IMG/VR virus record: IMGVR_UViG_3300042562_002450
Coordinates: 64,001-128,000 of that record
Reading direction: 5' to 3' (one strand)
Length of the DNA: 64,000 nt
Origin: a virus
The stretch's first letter is position 1. Each line of letters starts with the position of its first letter. The notes below the pieces were generated by a model that searched no databases, was not told the origin of the DNA, and saw nothing but the letters and a program-made list of their open reading frames with translations. This document shows, one piece after another, positions 18,439 to 27,880 of the stretch. A program made the translations under genes and the position numbers.

Positions 18439-19485
18439 ATGATAAAACCAGTTGGCCTAGATGTTGGTACTCATATGTTAATTGCTTCTGAAGCTGATGC
18501 TTCTGGAGAAGTAACCTATAAAGAACAAGTTGATGCATTTTTTGTAATGGAATCAACAGATGAAGCAAAAAACATGCTAGACACACTCTCTGTCCCTTAC
18601 TCTGAAAAGAATGGAAAGACATATGTACTAGGTGAAGAAGCTAGAAAATTTGCAAATATGTTTAAGCAAGAGACTCGCCGCCCAATGCAAACGGGATGTC
18701 TTAATAAAAAAGACATTGAAGCACTTGGAATGCTTAACGCACTACTTTCTAATCTGCTAGAAAATGGCAATGGTTCCCCTATCGTCTATTCAGTCACATC
18801 TCAGCCATTAGGTAGTGAGATGAGCTTTGACTATCACAGGGCTCAAGTAGAGTCTCTATTAAAAGGAATGGGATATGAACCTAAGCCTATTCAAGAGGCT
18901 AGGGCAATTGCTCTCGCTGAGTTGGCCGCTGATCGCTTTACTGGTCTTGCTATCTCTTGTGGATCTGGCACTACCACTGTTTGGCTTGGTTTGTTGGGAA
19001 TGGATAATCCAAATTTTCAGTTTTCCATTGATCGTGGTGGTGATTGGATTGACACTAATGCTGCTGAGAATTTTGCCGGATTGACAAGAACTAAAGTTCA
19101 GACAGTAAAAGAGCGTGGCATTAAAATTAAAGAATATGAAAATGTTGAGACAGACCATCTTTCTGGCCATGAGCTTACTGAAGCTAGAGCTAAGCAAGCA
19201 CTATCTATTTACTATAGAGAGTATATCCGAGCTGTAGTTAAAGGTATTAAATATAAACTCGATAAAGAACAGCTACCTGAGTTTGATGGACCAATTCCAA
19301 TTGTTATTGCAGGTGGAACTAGTTCTCCTTCTGACTTTGTAGAAGTCTTCAAAGAAGAATGGGACAAAGCAAAGACTGGGCTAGATATCTCTGAAATCAG
19401 AAGAGCTAATGATCAATTCCGAGCTGTGTCTAAAGGTTGTTTAATTGCTGCTCAGCTTGAAGCAAAAAAGATGCTTAAGAAATAA
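18439..19485 (+). CDS. Actin-fold ATPase (MreB/MamK/ParM superfamily)
   Basis: Phosphate-1 VGLDVGT, connect-1 IQEARA, phosphate-2 ISCGSGTT, GGDWID, and adenosine motif IVIAGGTS; 348 aa. Confidence 0.85.
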   Translation: MIKPVGLDVGTHMLIASEADASGEVTYKEQVDAFFVMESTDEAKNMLDTLSVPYSEKNGKTYVLGEEARKFANMFKQETRRPMQTGCLNKKDIEALGMLNALLSNLLENGNGSPIVYSVTSQPLGSEMSFDYHRAQVESLLKGMGYEPKPIQEARAIALAELAADRFTGLAISCGSGTTTVWLGLLGMDNPNFQFSIDRGGDWIDTNAAENFAGLTRTKVQTVKERGIKIKEYENVETDHLSGHELTEARAKQALSIYYREYIRAVVKGIKYKLDKEQLPEFDGPIPIVIAGGTSSPSDFVEVFKEEWDKAKTGLDISEIRRANDQFRAVSKGCLIAAQLEAKKMLKK

Positions 19486-19487
19486 AC

Positions 19488-19516
19488 TTGGCATGAAGTC
19501 ATTTTTTAAATATAAT
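19488..19516 (+). promoter_or_regulatory. Sigma70-like promoter
   Basis: TTGGCA-N17-TATAAT upstream of the GGAG RBS and ATG at 19560. Confidence 0.65.
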
Positions 19517-19559
19517 AAAAGACTAATGGTATTAAATCCAGTCTAGGAGTTTTGATACA

Positions 19560-20009
19560 ATGTATGCTAAACATGAAAAGTATATTGATACTGCCGTCGA
19601 TGGTATGATTTTCGACATTGAACATAATCTTAAAACTATGATGCCATTAGCATCCCTGTATGAGCCAATCGGCTTAACAGATTTCCGCTCCGTTTCTCTT
19701 TATGATTCAAGGGTTGGTTTTATTGAATCTAAAGGTCTTAATGTAAGTAGAGTAAGTTTTAGTGCACCGTTTCAAGGTTACATCTCATTCTTAGATATTA
19801 AGAATGCAAAACCCAGTCTTGAAGATCGATTAAACAAAATTGAGTCTACAATCTCTTCTGCGATTCAGCAGCAAAAAAGTTTTACTACCATTTCTCAATG
19901 GAAGGAAATGAATAATTTTGAAGAAAAAGAACTTCAGGTGTTAAGAAGTGCAATTAACGTTCTGAGTAATCAATTGAGTTCATTAGAAGAGGAAGTAAAA
20001 AACCTCTAA
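19560..20009 (+). CDS. Hypothetical protein with C-terminal coiled coil
   Basis: 149 aa ORF with own promoter and RBS. Confidence 0.7.
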   Translation: MYAKHEKYIDTAVDGMIFDIEHNLKTMMPLASLYEPIGLTDFRSVSLYDSRVGFIESKGLNVSRVSFSAPFQGYISFLDIKNAKPSLEDRLNKIESTISSAIQQQKSFTTISQWKEMNNFEEKELQVLRSAINVLSNQLSSLEEEVKNL

Positions 20010-20125
20010 GACAGATGTGGTTTATTGGGAACTATAGTTGTATATATTTTTAGCCTGACCAAAAGCTTCTATTGTCCCAATAAACCCTACTGTTTCTTTT
20101 TTTTTGTTTTATTATTTTAACATTA

Positions 20126-20548
20126 TTATATTTCTAAGTCTTGTAGAATATCCATACTTTCTTTTATCGAATCTTTACTTTTCGAAGTTTTCCCAATCTT
20201 TCCTTTTATTTCAATCTTTTCAGTTTTAATTATAACTGGACCATCATCATAATTAAAGGTCTGCTTATTGATGTCATCTGGTTGTCGTCTGGTGAATTCA
20301 GGATATGCATGCGACTGCAGCTTGTCTCCTATTCTTTCGATAATCCTATTTGCAATATCATCGACATCTAATGAAACTTCTACCTTATTTTCTCTCATAA
20401 AAGCAACCATCATGCGCTCTGCGATATCTGAAGCTTTTTTTAAAAGATCATGCTCAAGATCTAATGTGTTAAAGTAATACTGCTTGTCTCTTACAATGTT
20501 GACTGGTGGAACTCTTAGATTTTTTGTTTGTGTTGTTCTTTGTGACAT
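20126..20548 (-). CDS. Hypothetical protein
   Basis: 140 aa ORF, convergent with 19560-20009. Confidence 0.65.
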   Translation of the reverse strand: MSQRTTQTKNLRVPPVNIVRDKQYYFNTLDLEHDLLKKASDIAERMMVAFMRENKVEVSLDVDDIANRIIERIGDKLQSHAYPEFTRRQPDDINKQTFNYDDGPVIIKTEKIEIKGKIGKTSKSKDSIKESMDILQDLEI

Positions 20549-20633
20549 ATCTTATTGTAACTAAAAAATATTTTAATGACTAGCAAAGACTCATCTCCTT
20601 TACTTTTCTCTTCTCTACAATTAATATAAGCTA

Positions 20634-21692
20634 ATGATTATCTCAGATAGCATCAATATATACTTAAAGACCACAGAGACATGTAACTTGAATTGTGATC
20701 ATTGTTTTACCTCTGGAAGCAAAGGTAGGAAGATTTTTTTTAATCCAGAGAAAACATTTCTTTTTCTAGATAAGCTTTTTAGTCATCAGAAATACAAGCA
20801 TAAAAAAGTTATTCTTCATGGTGGAGAGCCGATGCTTGCACCTGCCTCTGATATTAGAAAGATACATAAGTTAATAAAAGATAAGTATCCTGAAACAGAA
20901 TTTAGTCTACAGACAAATCTAGTATATAAGTTAAACGAAGAGCGGCAATCCTTAATTGATGATCTTTTTCTTGAAAAAGGAATGGGAACATCTTGGGATT
21001 ACAAGATGAGATTTGCTTCTTATCAACAGCAGCTTCAGTGGGAAGATAATGTTCGAGCTCTACTAGCCAAAGGTCATTACCTTTCTGTTATGGTATCTTT
21101 AAACAAAGACTTACTTGATAACTTTGAGCCTGTAGATATCATTCAGTACTTTATTGATCTTGGGATTCAGCATGTTCTTTTTGAACGCATAACCTCTAAT
21201 GGTAACGCTCTACTTAATCCTAACATTCAGCCTCAGAATAAAGATCTAGATGCTTGGCTTCTAAAGATGTATGAACAGACAATAGAATATAAGCTCTATG
21301 ATAAAATCCATAATATGTTTCTTGATGAAATAGCTACGACTTATGTTAATAGGATCCATGCTGGAAACAGATGTAGAAACTGTGAACAAAGCCTAGTTAC
21401 CATTAATGCTGATGGTAGTCTTTCTGGATGTCCTAATAGTGCTGCTAGCGAATACTGGGGAAATATTGAATGGTCGATCCAAGAAAATCTTTCCTCTAAA
21501 AAAAGATTGAAGACAATGGCTTGTGAGCTTAAGCGAAATGATAACTGCCTAACTTGTCCTGTGAATAGTATCTGCAATGGTGATTGTCATAGACTCCCCT
21601 GGCAAGGTGATATCTGCGCGGCTCCCAAAAGCCTAATGAAGATGATGAAAGAACAAAATAAGATTGAAGATTACAGAAAGTTAATGTTATGA
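20634..21692 (+). CDS. Radical SAM/SPASM enzyme (rSAM-1)
   Basis: CNLNCDHC, LHGGEP, QTNL. SPASM Cys set CRNC...INADGSLSGCP...CLTCPVNSICNGDC...C. Confidence 0.92.
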   Translation: MIISDSINIYLKTTETCNLNCDHCFTSGSKGRKIFFNPEKTFLFLDKLFSHQKYKHKKVILHGGEPMLAPASDIRKIHKLIKDKYPETEFSLQTNLVYKLNEERQSLIDDLFLEKGMGTSWDYKMRFASYQQQLQWEDNVRALLAKGHYLSVMVSLNKDLLDNFEPVDIIQYFIDLGIQHVLFERITSNGNALLNPNIQPQNKDLDAWLLKMYEQTIEYKLYDKIHNMFLDEIATTYVNRIHAGNRCRNCEQSLVTINADGSLSGCPNSAASEYWGNIEWSIQENLSSKKRLKTMACELKRNDNCLTCPVNSICNGDCHRLPWQGDICAAPKSLMKMMKEQNKIEDYRKLML

Positions 21693-22144
21693 ATTGGAAA
21701 ATGAGATCTAAGATATATCACATGATGACTCCTGAGCCAGGAGACAATCTTGAGAAAGAAACCATTGTTGAAGAGTGGGACAAAAAAAGTATTATAAAAA
21801 GAGCAATCGAATATCCAACTTTTCAAACTAAAGAGTTATATTATCCAGCGAAGTCATATGCAATTGCTACATTGTATGCTATTCTTTTGACTGAAAATTT
21901 TGGTGGCGAACCTCTTGATTATTTAAAAGATCCAGAATTACTTGCAGGAAATGATCCATATTTCAAACCTTACGATAGCTCTAATAAAGATATTTATTCA
22001 ATAATTTGGAGCCATATTTTTCTAGCATTGGAAGATGGTTCAGAAAAAACTTCTGAAAATTTTAATAAATCTGTACAATATTTCTACGAGGAATTTTTAC
22101 TTGCTGAAAATACAAAAGTCTACTTGCCTCCTGACGAAAGATGA
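21689..22144 (+). CDS. Hypothetical protein coupled to rSAM-1
   Basis: 151 aa; ATGA-type overlap with the rSAM-1 stop; contains YPAKSYAIA...DPELLAGNDPYFKPY. Confidence 0.8.
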   Translation: MNWKMRSKIYHMMTPEPGDNLEKETIVEEWDKKSIIKRAIEYPTFQTKELYYPAKSYAIATLYAILLTENFGGEPLDYLKDPELLAGNDPYFKPYDSSNKDIYSIIWSHIFLALEDGSEKTSENFNKSVQYFYEEFLLAENTKVYLPPDER

Positions 22145-22634
22145 AATCAATAGTCTTATCTATGACTATGATCTATATCTATCTAAGAGCTTTTACATAA
22201 TCAATAAAGAACGGAAAGAATACAATGAAGATAATCATTCTCCAGATTTTATGTCTCATATACAAAAACTTGAAAAAGCATCCGGTGAAGGCTGCACTAT
22301 CATTGTTAAGAATATGGAAAGATATAACAGCCAAATACAAGAAACGGCAGAAGAGCTAGCACCAGGAACAGACGTTCATCTTTACTTAGTATTCGCTGAA
22401 GAAAGTGGAGATAGTTTTAATTGGCATAGAGATGATAAACCAGTTTGGATAAAAATGATCTATGGTGAGAAATTTTTTTCAATTAGATCAAGAGCAAAAG
22501 AAACTGTTTTCATAGATTCCTATAAAGTAAAAGAAAATGGATACTTATATATTGGATTAAGAGAGCATAGAGCTGAACCAATGGGACCATCTGCTATGTT
22601 AAGCTTTGGCTTGCCCAATCAAGAAGATCTCTAA
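22035..22634 (+). CDS. Cupin/JmjC-like oxygenase (start uncertain)
   Basis: DVHLY...GDSFNWHRDDKPVWIKMIYGEKFF resembles the JmjC/Cupin_4 HxD core; distal His in REHRAEP. Confidence 0.7.
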   Translation: MVQKKLLKILINLYNISTRNFYLLKIQKSTCLLTKDEINSLIYDYDLYLSKSFYIINKERKEYNEDNHSPDFMSHIQKLEKASGEGCTIIVKNMERYNSQIQETAEELAPGTDVHLYLVFAEESGDSFNWHRDDKPVWIKMIYGEKFFSIRSRAKETVFIDSYKVKENGYLYIGLREHRAEPMGPSAMLSFGLPNQEDL

Positions 22635-23532
22635 AACCACTACATGATTTTTCAATTGATTTAACATCGCGATAATGTTCTGTTAAGCATCGTCCCAAGT
22701 AAGGACATGCTGAACATATCGGATTTGATTTAACCTTAGTCTTTTCTAATCTAGCCCATAACAAGTATTCGTTAAAGCTATCCATCTCAAAAAAGTACTC
22801 ATTTTGTTCCAGATCAAACTCGAGAACGCCAAACTTTCCATTGGGAGTAATATAAACATGGCTATCACTATAAGCAGAATATAAACCACTGAGACTATCC
22901 TTGATCCTGTTTTTATTTATAAATGTAAAGTTTTTACGAATAGGAGAGATTAACCATTGCTTAACAAATTCTTCATACTCCTTATCAGTTACAGGTAAGG
23001 TATTTGCTTGGTTAGATGAGTATGGCTTTATCTCAACTGAAACTACATTTTGATATGTATTAAGTATACCGATCATCCTGTTAATGTCTAATTTCAACAA
23101 GTTAGGTGATGCCAACATTAGTATGGCAATTGGTTTCGATATCTTAGCCATGTTACTAAGTACCAACTCATGCTTCTCTCTGGCTTCAAAATCTAAGCTA
23201 ACAGAAAGATCTACATAGTCATGTAAGAAATATGAATTTATTTTAGAAAGATTTGTGATAACACTTATGCTTGGTTTCGAATAAACATTTAAAATTTCAT
23301 CTAATTTTTCCAAATAAGTAGGAGAAAGCAATCCTACTTCTCCACCATACAGATCTACGTGCTCTATGTAATAGCCATGGCTTCTTATCTCTTCAACCAT
23401 TGCAACAAGCCTTGATGGATCTAGTTTCTTTTGATCAGCTAATTGTTCTGGTCTAAGATAACAAAACTCACATCTAAAGTTACAAAGATATGTTGGATTT
23501 AAAGATATTGTTAATGGCTTAGCAGAGTCCAT
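22594..23532 (-). CDS. Radical SAM enzyme with C-terminal Cys cluster (rSAM-2)
   Basis: CNFRCEFC, LYGGE, ITNL; C-terminal CSACPYLGRC...C. Confidence 0.9.
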   Translation of the reverse strand: MDSAKPLTISLNPTYLCNFRCEFCYLRPEQLADQKKLDPSRLVAMVEEIRSHGYYIEHVDLYGGEVGLLSPTYLEKLDEILNVYSKPSISVITNLSKINSYFLHDYVDLSVSLDFEAREKHELVLSNMAKISKPIAILMLASPNLLKLDINRMIGILNTYQNVVSVEIKPYSSNQANTLPVTDKEYEEFVKQWLISPIRKNFTFINKNRIKDSLSGLYSAYSDSHVYITPNGKFGVLEFDLEQNEYFFEMDSFNEYLLWARLEKTKVKSNPICSACPYLGRCLTEHYRDVKSIEKSCSGFRDLLDWASQSLT

Positions 23533-24538
23533 GTTCTATTGCTCTCTTTCTAAACTCTTTCATTTTGACACAGCTTTCTTCGACAAGATTGTGCCTCTTT
23601 AGATCTTGAACTGTTTTATAGCATCCATTACATATAATAAAGTTTGGACAAGAAAGACATTCTTCTTTTTGATACTGAATGTTATGATCTGACTGTAGTG
23701 GCTTAAAGAATTCTCCAGCCATCTCTTTTTCAAAATCAATAGGATATTCCTGATCATCTCCCAATGATCCACATGATCCATACTCATATCCACTTTCGGA
23801 AACAGGCTGCAGATTTCTTATTCCCTCATCGCATTTTCTATTCTGAGGACATGTTGTAAATTCAGAGCCTTTGAGTCTCATAAGCATTTGTTTGGTAGAG
23901 TATTCCCATTCAGATAATCCAGCCTCGTATACGTTCATGTATATCTCATACATGTAACCAATAGGGAAAGGTCTCCCTTCTCTACCTGATGCCATTGCAT
24001 AATTCATCTTGCATTCAGCGCCGATATGTTTCGCAAGCCTTACATTGTTTAGTGCAAGATGCTTGTTATCTTCCGTAATTACAGAAATGAAATGTGGAAC
24101 ATATCCAAAGTCACCTTTGAATTTGTCTATAACTTTTAAAAATATTTCCTCAGTAAAGACTTGTCCTGGTCGTATTTGTCGGCTATCGCCATAATGAAAT
24201 GAAGTACATATTTGAACCTGAGATTGACTAAAAAGTTCTCTCCATTTGTCTGGATGAAGCCAATAGTCCCATAAGTTAGTAGTAAAACTGATGACACAAT
24301 CTGTCATCTTTCTTTCTTCTAGCATCTTAATTATTTGCCAGTAATACTCAGGAGATACCATAAGAGGATCTCCTCCATTTACTATTATTGTTTTAGTTTC
24401 TGGGAATCTATCAAGAAATTGACGGACCTTGTCTATATCAAGATCATCGATCGGTTTATTAGATTTTGCAATCTCTGTTGAGCTACAGAACGTACATGAG
24501 AAATTACACCTTTGCGTTGGCTTAATGATGAGATCCAT
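23519..24538 (-). CDS. Radical SAM/SPASM enzyme (rSAM-3)
   Basis: CNFSCTFC, VNGGDP, FTTNL; CPQNRKC...GSCGS...CLSCPNFIICNGC...C. Confidence 0.92.
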   Translation of the reverse strand: MDLIIKPTQRCNFSCTFCSSTEIAKSNKPIDDLDIDKVRQFLDRFPETKTIIVNGGDPLMVSPEYYWQIIKMLEERKMTDCVISFTTNLWDYWLHPDKWRELFSQSQVQICTSFHYGDSRQIRPGQVFTEEIFLKVIDKFKGDFGYVPHFISVITEDNKHLALNNVRLAKHIGAECKMNYAMASGREGRPFPIGYMYEIYMNVYEAGLSEWEYSTKQMLMRLKGSEFTTCPQNRKCDEGIRNLQPVSESGYEYGSCGSLGDDQEYPIDFEKEMAGEFFKPLQSDHNIQYQKEECLSCPNFIICNGCYKTVQDLKRHNLVEESCVKMKEFRKRAIEHGLC

Positions 24539-24547
24539 GCTTTCCTA

Positions 24548-24610
24548 TTGTATTAAATTTTTAATTAATATATAATAACTTATCATAGTATAGTTTACAC
24601 TAACTTTAAA
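24548..24610. promoter_or_regulatory. Overlapping divergent sigma70-like promoters
   Basis: Plus strand: TTGTAT(24548)-N17-TATAAT(24571). Minus strand: TTTAAA(24610)-N17-TATGAT(24587). Confidence 0.6.
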
Positions 24611-24630
24611 GTGATTTTAAAGGCAACCAG

Positions 24631-25365
24631 ATGGCAATAGTAAAAGATGAAGGTATCACAAGAGAAGATATCATCAATAAATTTAACTTGAGAGTAAGAG
24701 ACTGGGTAGCTTCAAATGTTACTCTACTTGGAAATAGAACTTATACAGCAAGTCATTCTGTATGGAATGGAACTCCAGGTTGGAAAAATGGTGGTGACAC
24801 TTCAGGTCCTGCGTACAGAGTGACTAGAACATTAAACTCGACAGCAGCAGCACTTGCTCTTAATTCAACAAATGCTGGTGGTGCAACAGACTCAATATTG
24901 AATACAGACCGTATACTTTCTGAAGTAATGCTTACTAGTGATTTTACTCCTGACGTAGGTGCAGCAAATAGCACTGGGCATGTAATTAAAATATTAAGAG
25001 ACATGATGGCTTCATACTCAAGAGTTCACCAGATTCGTATTCAGAATATAGGAAATCTTACATTCTCAATTTCTGGAGTAGCAGGAACTATGCTGTCTGA
25101 TACTGGAGTTGCAATTGGAACGACAACCAGACCAACAGCTATTGCTTTGATGAATACAGATATGGATTTATATATAAATACTAATAATTTAAAAGCTGGT
25201 GGCACTCTTGATGCAGATAAGTTCAACAACTTTCTTGAAACATGTAGATCTATATGGCTTAATCGCTGTGTAAACTCAGGAGTGCTAGAAACATTTAACT
25301 TTAGCTATTGCCACTCATCATGTCATTCAAATGTTACTTGTTATAACTCAAGAGGCCGAAGGTAA
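24631..25365 (+). CDS. Putative modification substrate A (precursor-like protein with C-terminal Cys/His/Ser core)
   Basis: 244 aa; paralogous to the next gene; ends SYCHSSCHSNVTCYNSRGRR; lies amid rSAM genes. Confidence 0.8.
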   Translation: MAIVKDEGITREDIINKFNLRVRDWVASNVTLLGNRTYTASHSVWNGTPGWKNGGDTSGPAYRVTRTLNSTAAALALNSTNAGGATDSILNTDRILSEVMLTSDFTPDVGAANSTGHVIKILRDMMASYSRVHQIRIQNIGNLTFSISGVAGTMLSDTGVAIGTTTRPTAIALMNTDMDLYINTNNLKAGGTLDADKFNNFLETCRSIWLNRCVNSGVLETFNFSYCHSSCHSNVTCYNSRGRR

Positions 25366-25984
25366 AGTTATGTCTATTATTTTAAATAATACAATTACTA
25401 GAGAAAATATTATTGCAAAATTTAATGAAAGAGTTAGAGACTGGGTAGTCTCTAATACTAACTTCTTAAATGCGACTCCAGTATGGAATCAAACTGTTGG
25501 TTACATAACAGCAAACAGCTCAGCTTTTGGTGGAGGTATTAACCGGATAACAGAAGTTTCGGCTACTCCAGTTTCTATTCAGGTCACAGATTTAATATCT
25601 AACATCGGTGCTGATAATTCAGCTGCAGGAAAAATCGTAAAAGTATTAAAAGATTTCTTAATCTTATATGCAAATAATCATAGAATAACATTAAACAATA
25701 CTGGGAATCTTGCTCCAGCAAATTATGTTGGAGTCGCAAGACTTAATGGAACGCCACTTGCAACACAAACTGCAATAGGAACTGATGTTGACGCTGCAGC
25801 AATTGCAAGTAATGTTTCTAATGGTCAACTTATAACTGCATTAAATCTTAATAGTTTTATTGAGTCATGTAGAACAATTTGGACTAATAGAGCATTCACT
25901 CCAAGCTTAGAAACATTTAATTATAGTTATTGTCATTCATCGTGCCACTCAAATGTTACTTGTTACAATTCAAGAGGTCGAAGG
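25303..25984 (+). repeat. Duplicated 60-nt core-coding segment (25303-25362 and 25925-25984)
   Basis: Same 20 residues encoded with 9 synonymous codon differences and no amino-acid change. Confidence 0.95.
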
Positions 25985-25987
25985 TAA
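25370..25987 (+). CDS. Putative modification substrate B (paralog of A)
   Basis: In-frame ATG 4 nt after the stop of A. MSIILNNTITRENIIAKFNERVRDWV aligns with A's ITREDIINKFNLRVRDWV. Identical C-terminal 20 aa. Confidence 0.8.
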   Translation: MSIILNNTITRENIIAKFNERVRDWVVSNTNFLNATPVWNQTVGYITANSSAFGGGINRITEVSATPVSIQVTDLISNIGADNSAAGKIVKVLKDFLILYANNHRITLNNTGNLAPANYVGVARLNGTPLATQTAIGTDVDAAAIASNVSNGQLITALNLNSFIESCRTIWTNRAFTPSLETFNYSYCHSSCHSNVTCYNSRGRR

Positions 25988-25995
25988 GGTTATCT

Positions 25996-27132
25996 ATGGA
26001 GAAAACCTTAATAAACAAAGATGGCCCAAAGAGTATTAATGATTTCTTGAAGATCAAAGAGTCATATAAAACAAAAGACTCAATGCTTCTCTCTATATTT
26101 AAAGAGAAGACTCCACCTTATACTGAGATTGAAATTTCTTTCTTTGAACTATGCAATCTACATTGTCGTTTTTGCTGGCAAGATAATTATAATCCCACTG
26201 GAATTAATTCAATTAAAGAAAAAGCAGAAATTGTAATCGACTATCTAGATAAGCAAAAGGAAAGGCTACAGCCAAATATTCAAGTACACATGCTTGGTGG
26301 TGAGCTCTTTGAAGATAGCAATGATTACTATGATCAGTATTATTCTTTTATTAGTTCTATTTCTGAATATGTAAAAGCTAAAATGCCTGAAAAACATTTA
26401 CGCTTTGTCTTTTTAACTAATATGAATTTTCAAAAAGATGAGACCAAAATGAAGCTGGAGCATTTCCTCTTAAAGCTTCAACTTAAAGAAATTAAGTTTA
26501 TTCTAACTACATCTTGGGATCCAACAGGTCGCCCACTCAAAGGTGATATTGAGACTCAGTTCCATAAGAACATTACTTACTTTAAGGAGTATCTAAGTGA
26601 GGTAACTTTCGTATTAACGAAATCAACAATAAACCGACTTTTACAAGATAAAAATGATTACCTTGATCTATTAGTAAATCAAGGCTTTAACATCGATTAT
26701 GATTACTATATGCCCACAACCTGGGTTGATCAAATGATGCCTAGTGATAGAGATCTGCTTAATGCCTTTAGGTATCTAATTTATAAATATCCAAATATCC
26801 GTAAGTTAAAAGCATGGACAAGCAAGGAACCTGGAGAAGGAACTATCAGTTGTGCTAGCCTTAATAAGATAACAATACTACCAGATGGTACTATTACTAA
26901 CTGTAGACATCTTAAATATGATCAAAAAGATTTTGAAAGCAAGGTGCAAAATGAATCAAATAGTGATATGATTCTAACCTATCTATCAAAGCGCGAGTGT
27001 TTAAACTGCCCTTACTTTAAGGAGTGTCCTCTAAGTTGTTTCCTTATGGCTGATCATAAGAAATTTAATGGAAACTTAGAGCTTTCTGAGTGTCTTTATA
27101 GTATCCTTTTTAAGGAAAAATATAAGAGGTAA
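25996..27132 (+). CDS. Radical SAM/SPASM-like enzyme (rSAM-4)
   Basis: CNLHCRFC, MLGGE, FLTN; SCAS...ILPDGTITNC...CLNCPYFKECPLSC...C. Start moved to in-frame ATG 25996, after the stop of substrate B. Confidence 0.9.
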   Translation: MEKTLINKDGPKSINDFLKIKESYKTKDSMLLSIFKEKTPPYTEIEISFFELCNLHCRFCWQDNYNPTGINSIKEKAEIVIDYLDKQKERLQPNIQVHMLGGELFEDSNDYYDQYYSFISSISEYVKAKMPEKHLRFVFLTNMNFQKDETKMKLEHFLLKLQLKEIKFILTTSWDPTGRPLKGDIETQFHKNITYFKEYLSEVTFVLTKSTINRLLQDKNDYLDLLVNQGFNIDYDYYMPTTWVDQMMPSDRDLLNAFRYLIYKYPNIRKLKAWTSKEPGEGTISCASLNKITILPDGTITNCRHLKYDQKDFESKVQNESNSDMILTYLSKRECLNCPYFKECPLSCFLMADHKKFNGNLELSECLYSILFKEKYKR

Positions 27133-27134
27133 AT

Positions 27135-27866
27135 ATGAATACTAAAACTTTAATTAAAACATTGCCTTTATCAACTGATGATTTGATTTCTCTTTTTGAT
27201 AATCCAGGCCAGATCTTAGATATTGATTATTCTAAATCATCTTTAAAGGATGATGCATTTTTTGCATATGTTTCTAATGTTAAGATTCAATGTCGTCTTC
27301 ATGGTTATGAGGATCTCTCCTATAATGAAAAAGAAAGATTATTAAATTCATTTATTAATTCAAAATATACAATGGAAATTGAAAATCTAAAAGAAACTAT
27401 TGTTGGTATTCTACTTAATGCAGATCCTAAAAGTATTTCTTTTTTCAAAGAAGATGAAATTGAAAAATACAAAGTAGAAAATAGAGATAGATTAAATCAG
27501 CTAGTTCAATTTTTTAATTCAATGCTAATAATGATTCCATCTATATCTAGTGATTTTAAGAAACTCTTTATAGACACAGGGATAGAGGATGGCTCAATAG
27601 CAGAGATTGATGGAACTGATTTTATAACTCCAAATATTTATAACTTAACTTTTTATCCAGGTTTTATTGATCTCTTTATTGGCAATCAAGAAGAAGAACA
27701 TTCTTTAGTCTTTTACAAAGGTGTTATCGATAGCTACCAATATAAAAATAAAAGCTTTTTCTCTCTTCTTACTGATAATGAAACAGCACCAAATCTAATT
27801 ACAATTTTTAATTATTTCTTTATTGAAAATGAAGAAAGTGAAAAAGAACTAAAAGAAGCCATCTAA
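27135..27866 (+). CDS. Hypothetical protein in the rSAM operon
   Basis: 243 aa acidic ORF, 2 nt after the rSAM-4 stop. Confidence 0.8.
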   Translation: MNTKTLIKTLPLSTDDLISLFDNPGQILDIDYSKSSLKDDAFFAYVSNVKIQCRLHGYEDLSYNEKERLLNSFINSKYTMEIENLKETIVGILLNADPKSISFFKEDEIEKYKVENRDRLNQLVQFFNSMLIMIPSISSDFKKLFIDTGIEDGSIAEIDGTDFITPNIYNLTFYPGFIDLFIGNQEEEHSLVFYKGVIDSYQYKNKSFFSLLTDNETAPNLITIFNYFFIENEESEKELKEAI

Positions 27867-27880
27867 CAAAGGTAAAAAAT

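Noticed and set aside
24631-25987. Naming the precursors HxsA or SCIFF
   Set aside because: Only one true His-Xaa-Ser triad and three Cys are present, and the bodies are far longer than SCIFF peptides. The resemblance is partial, so no gene symbol was given.
20634-27132. Assigning the rSAMs to QueE, NrdG, MoaA or PqqE pathways
   Set aside because: No queC/queD/folE, nrdD, moa or pqq partner genes are in the window, and the SPASM-like tails and precursor context fit peptide modification better.
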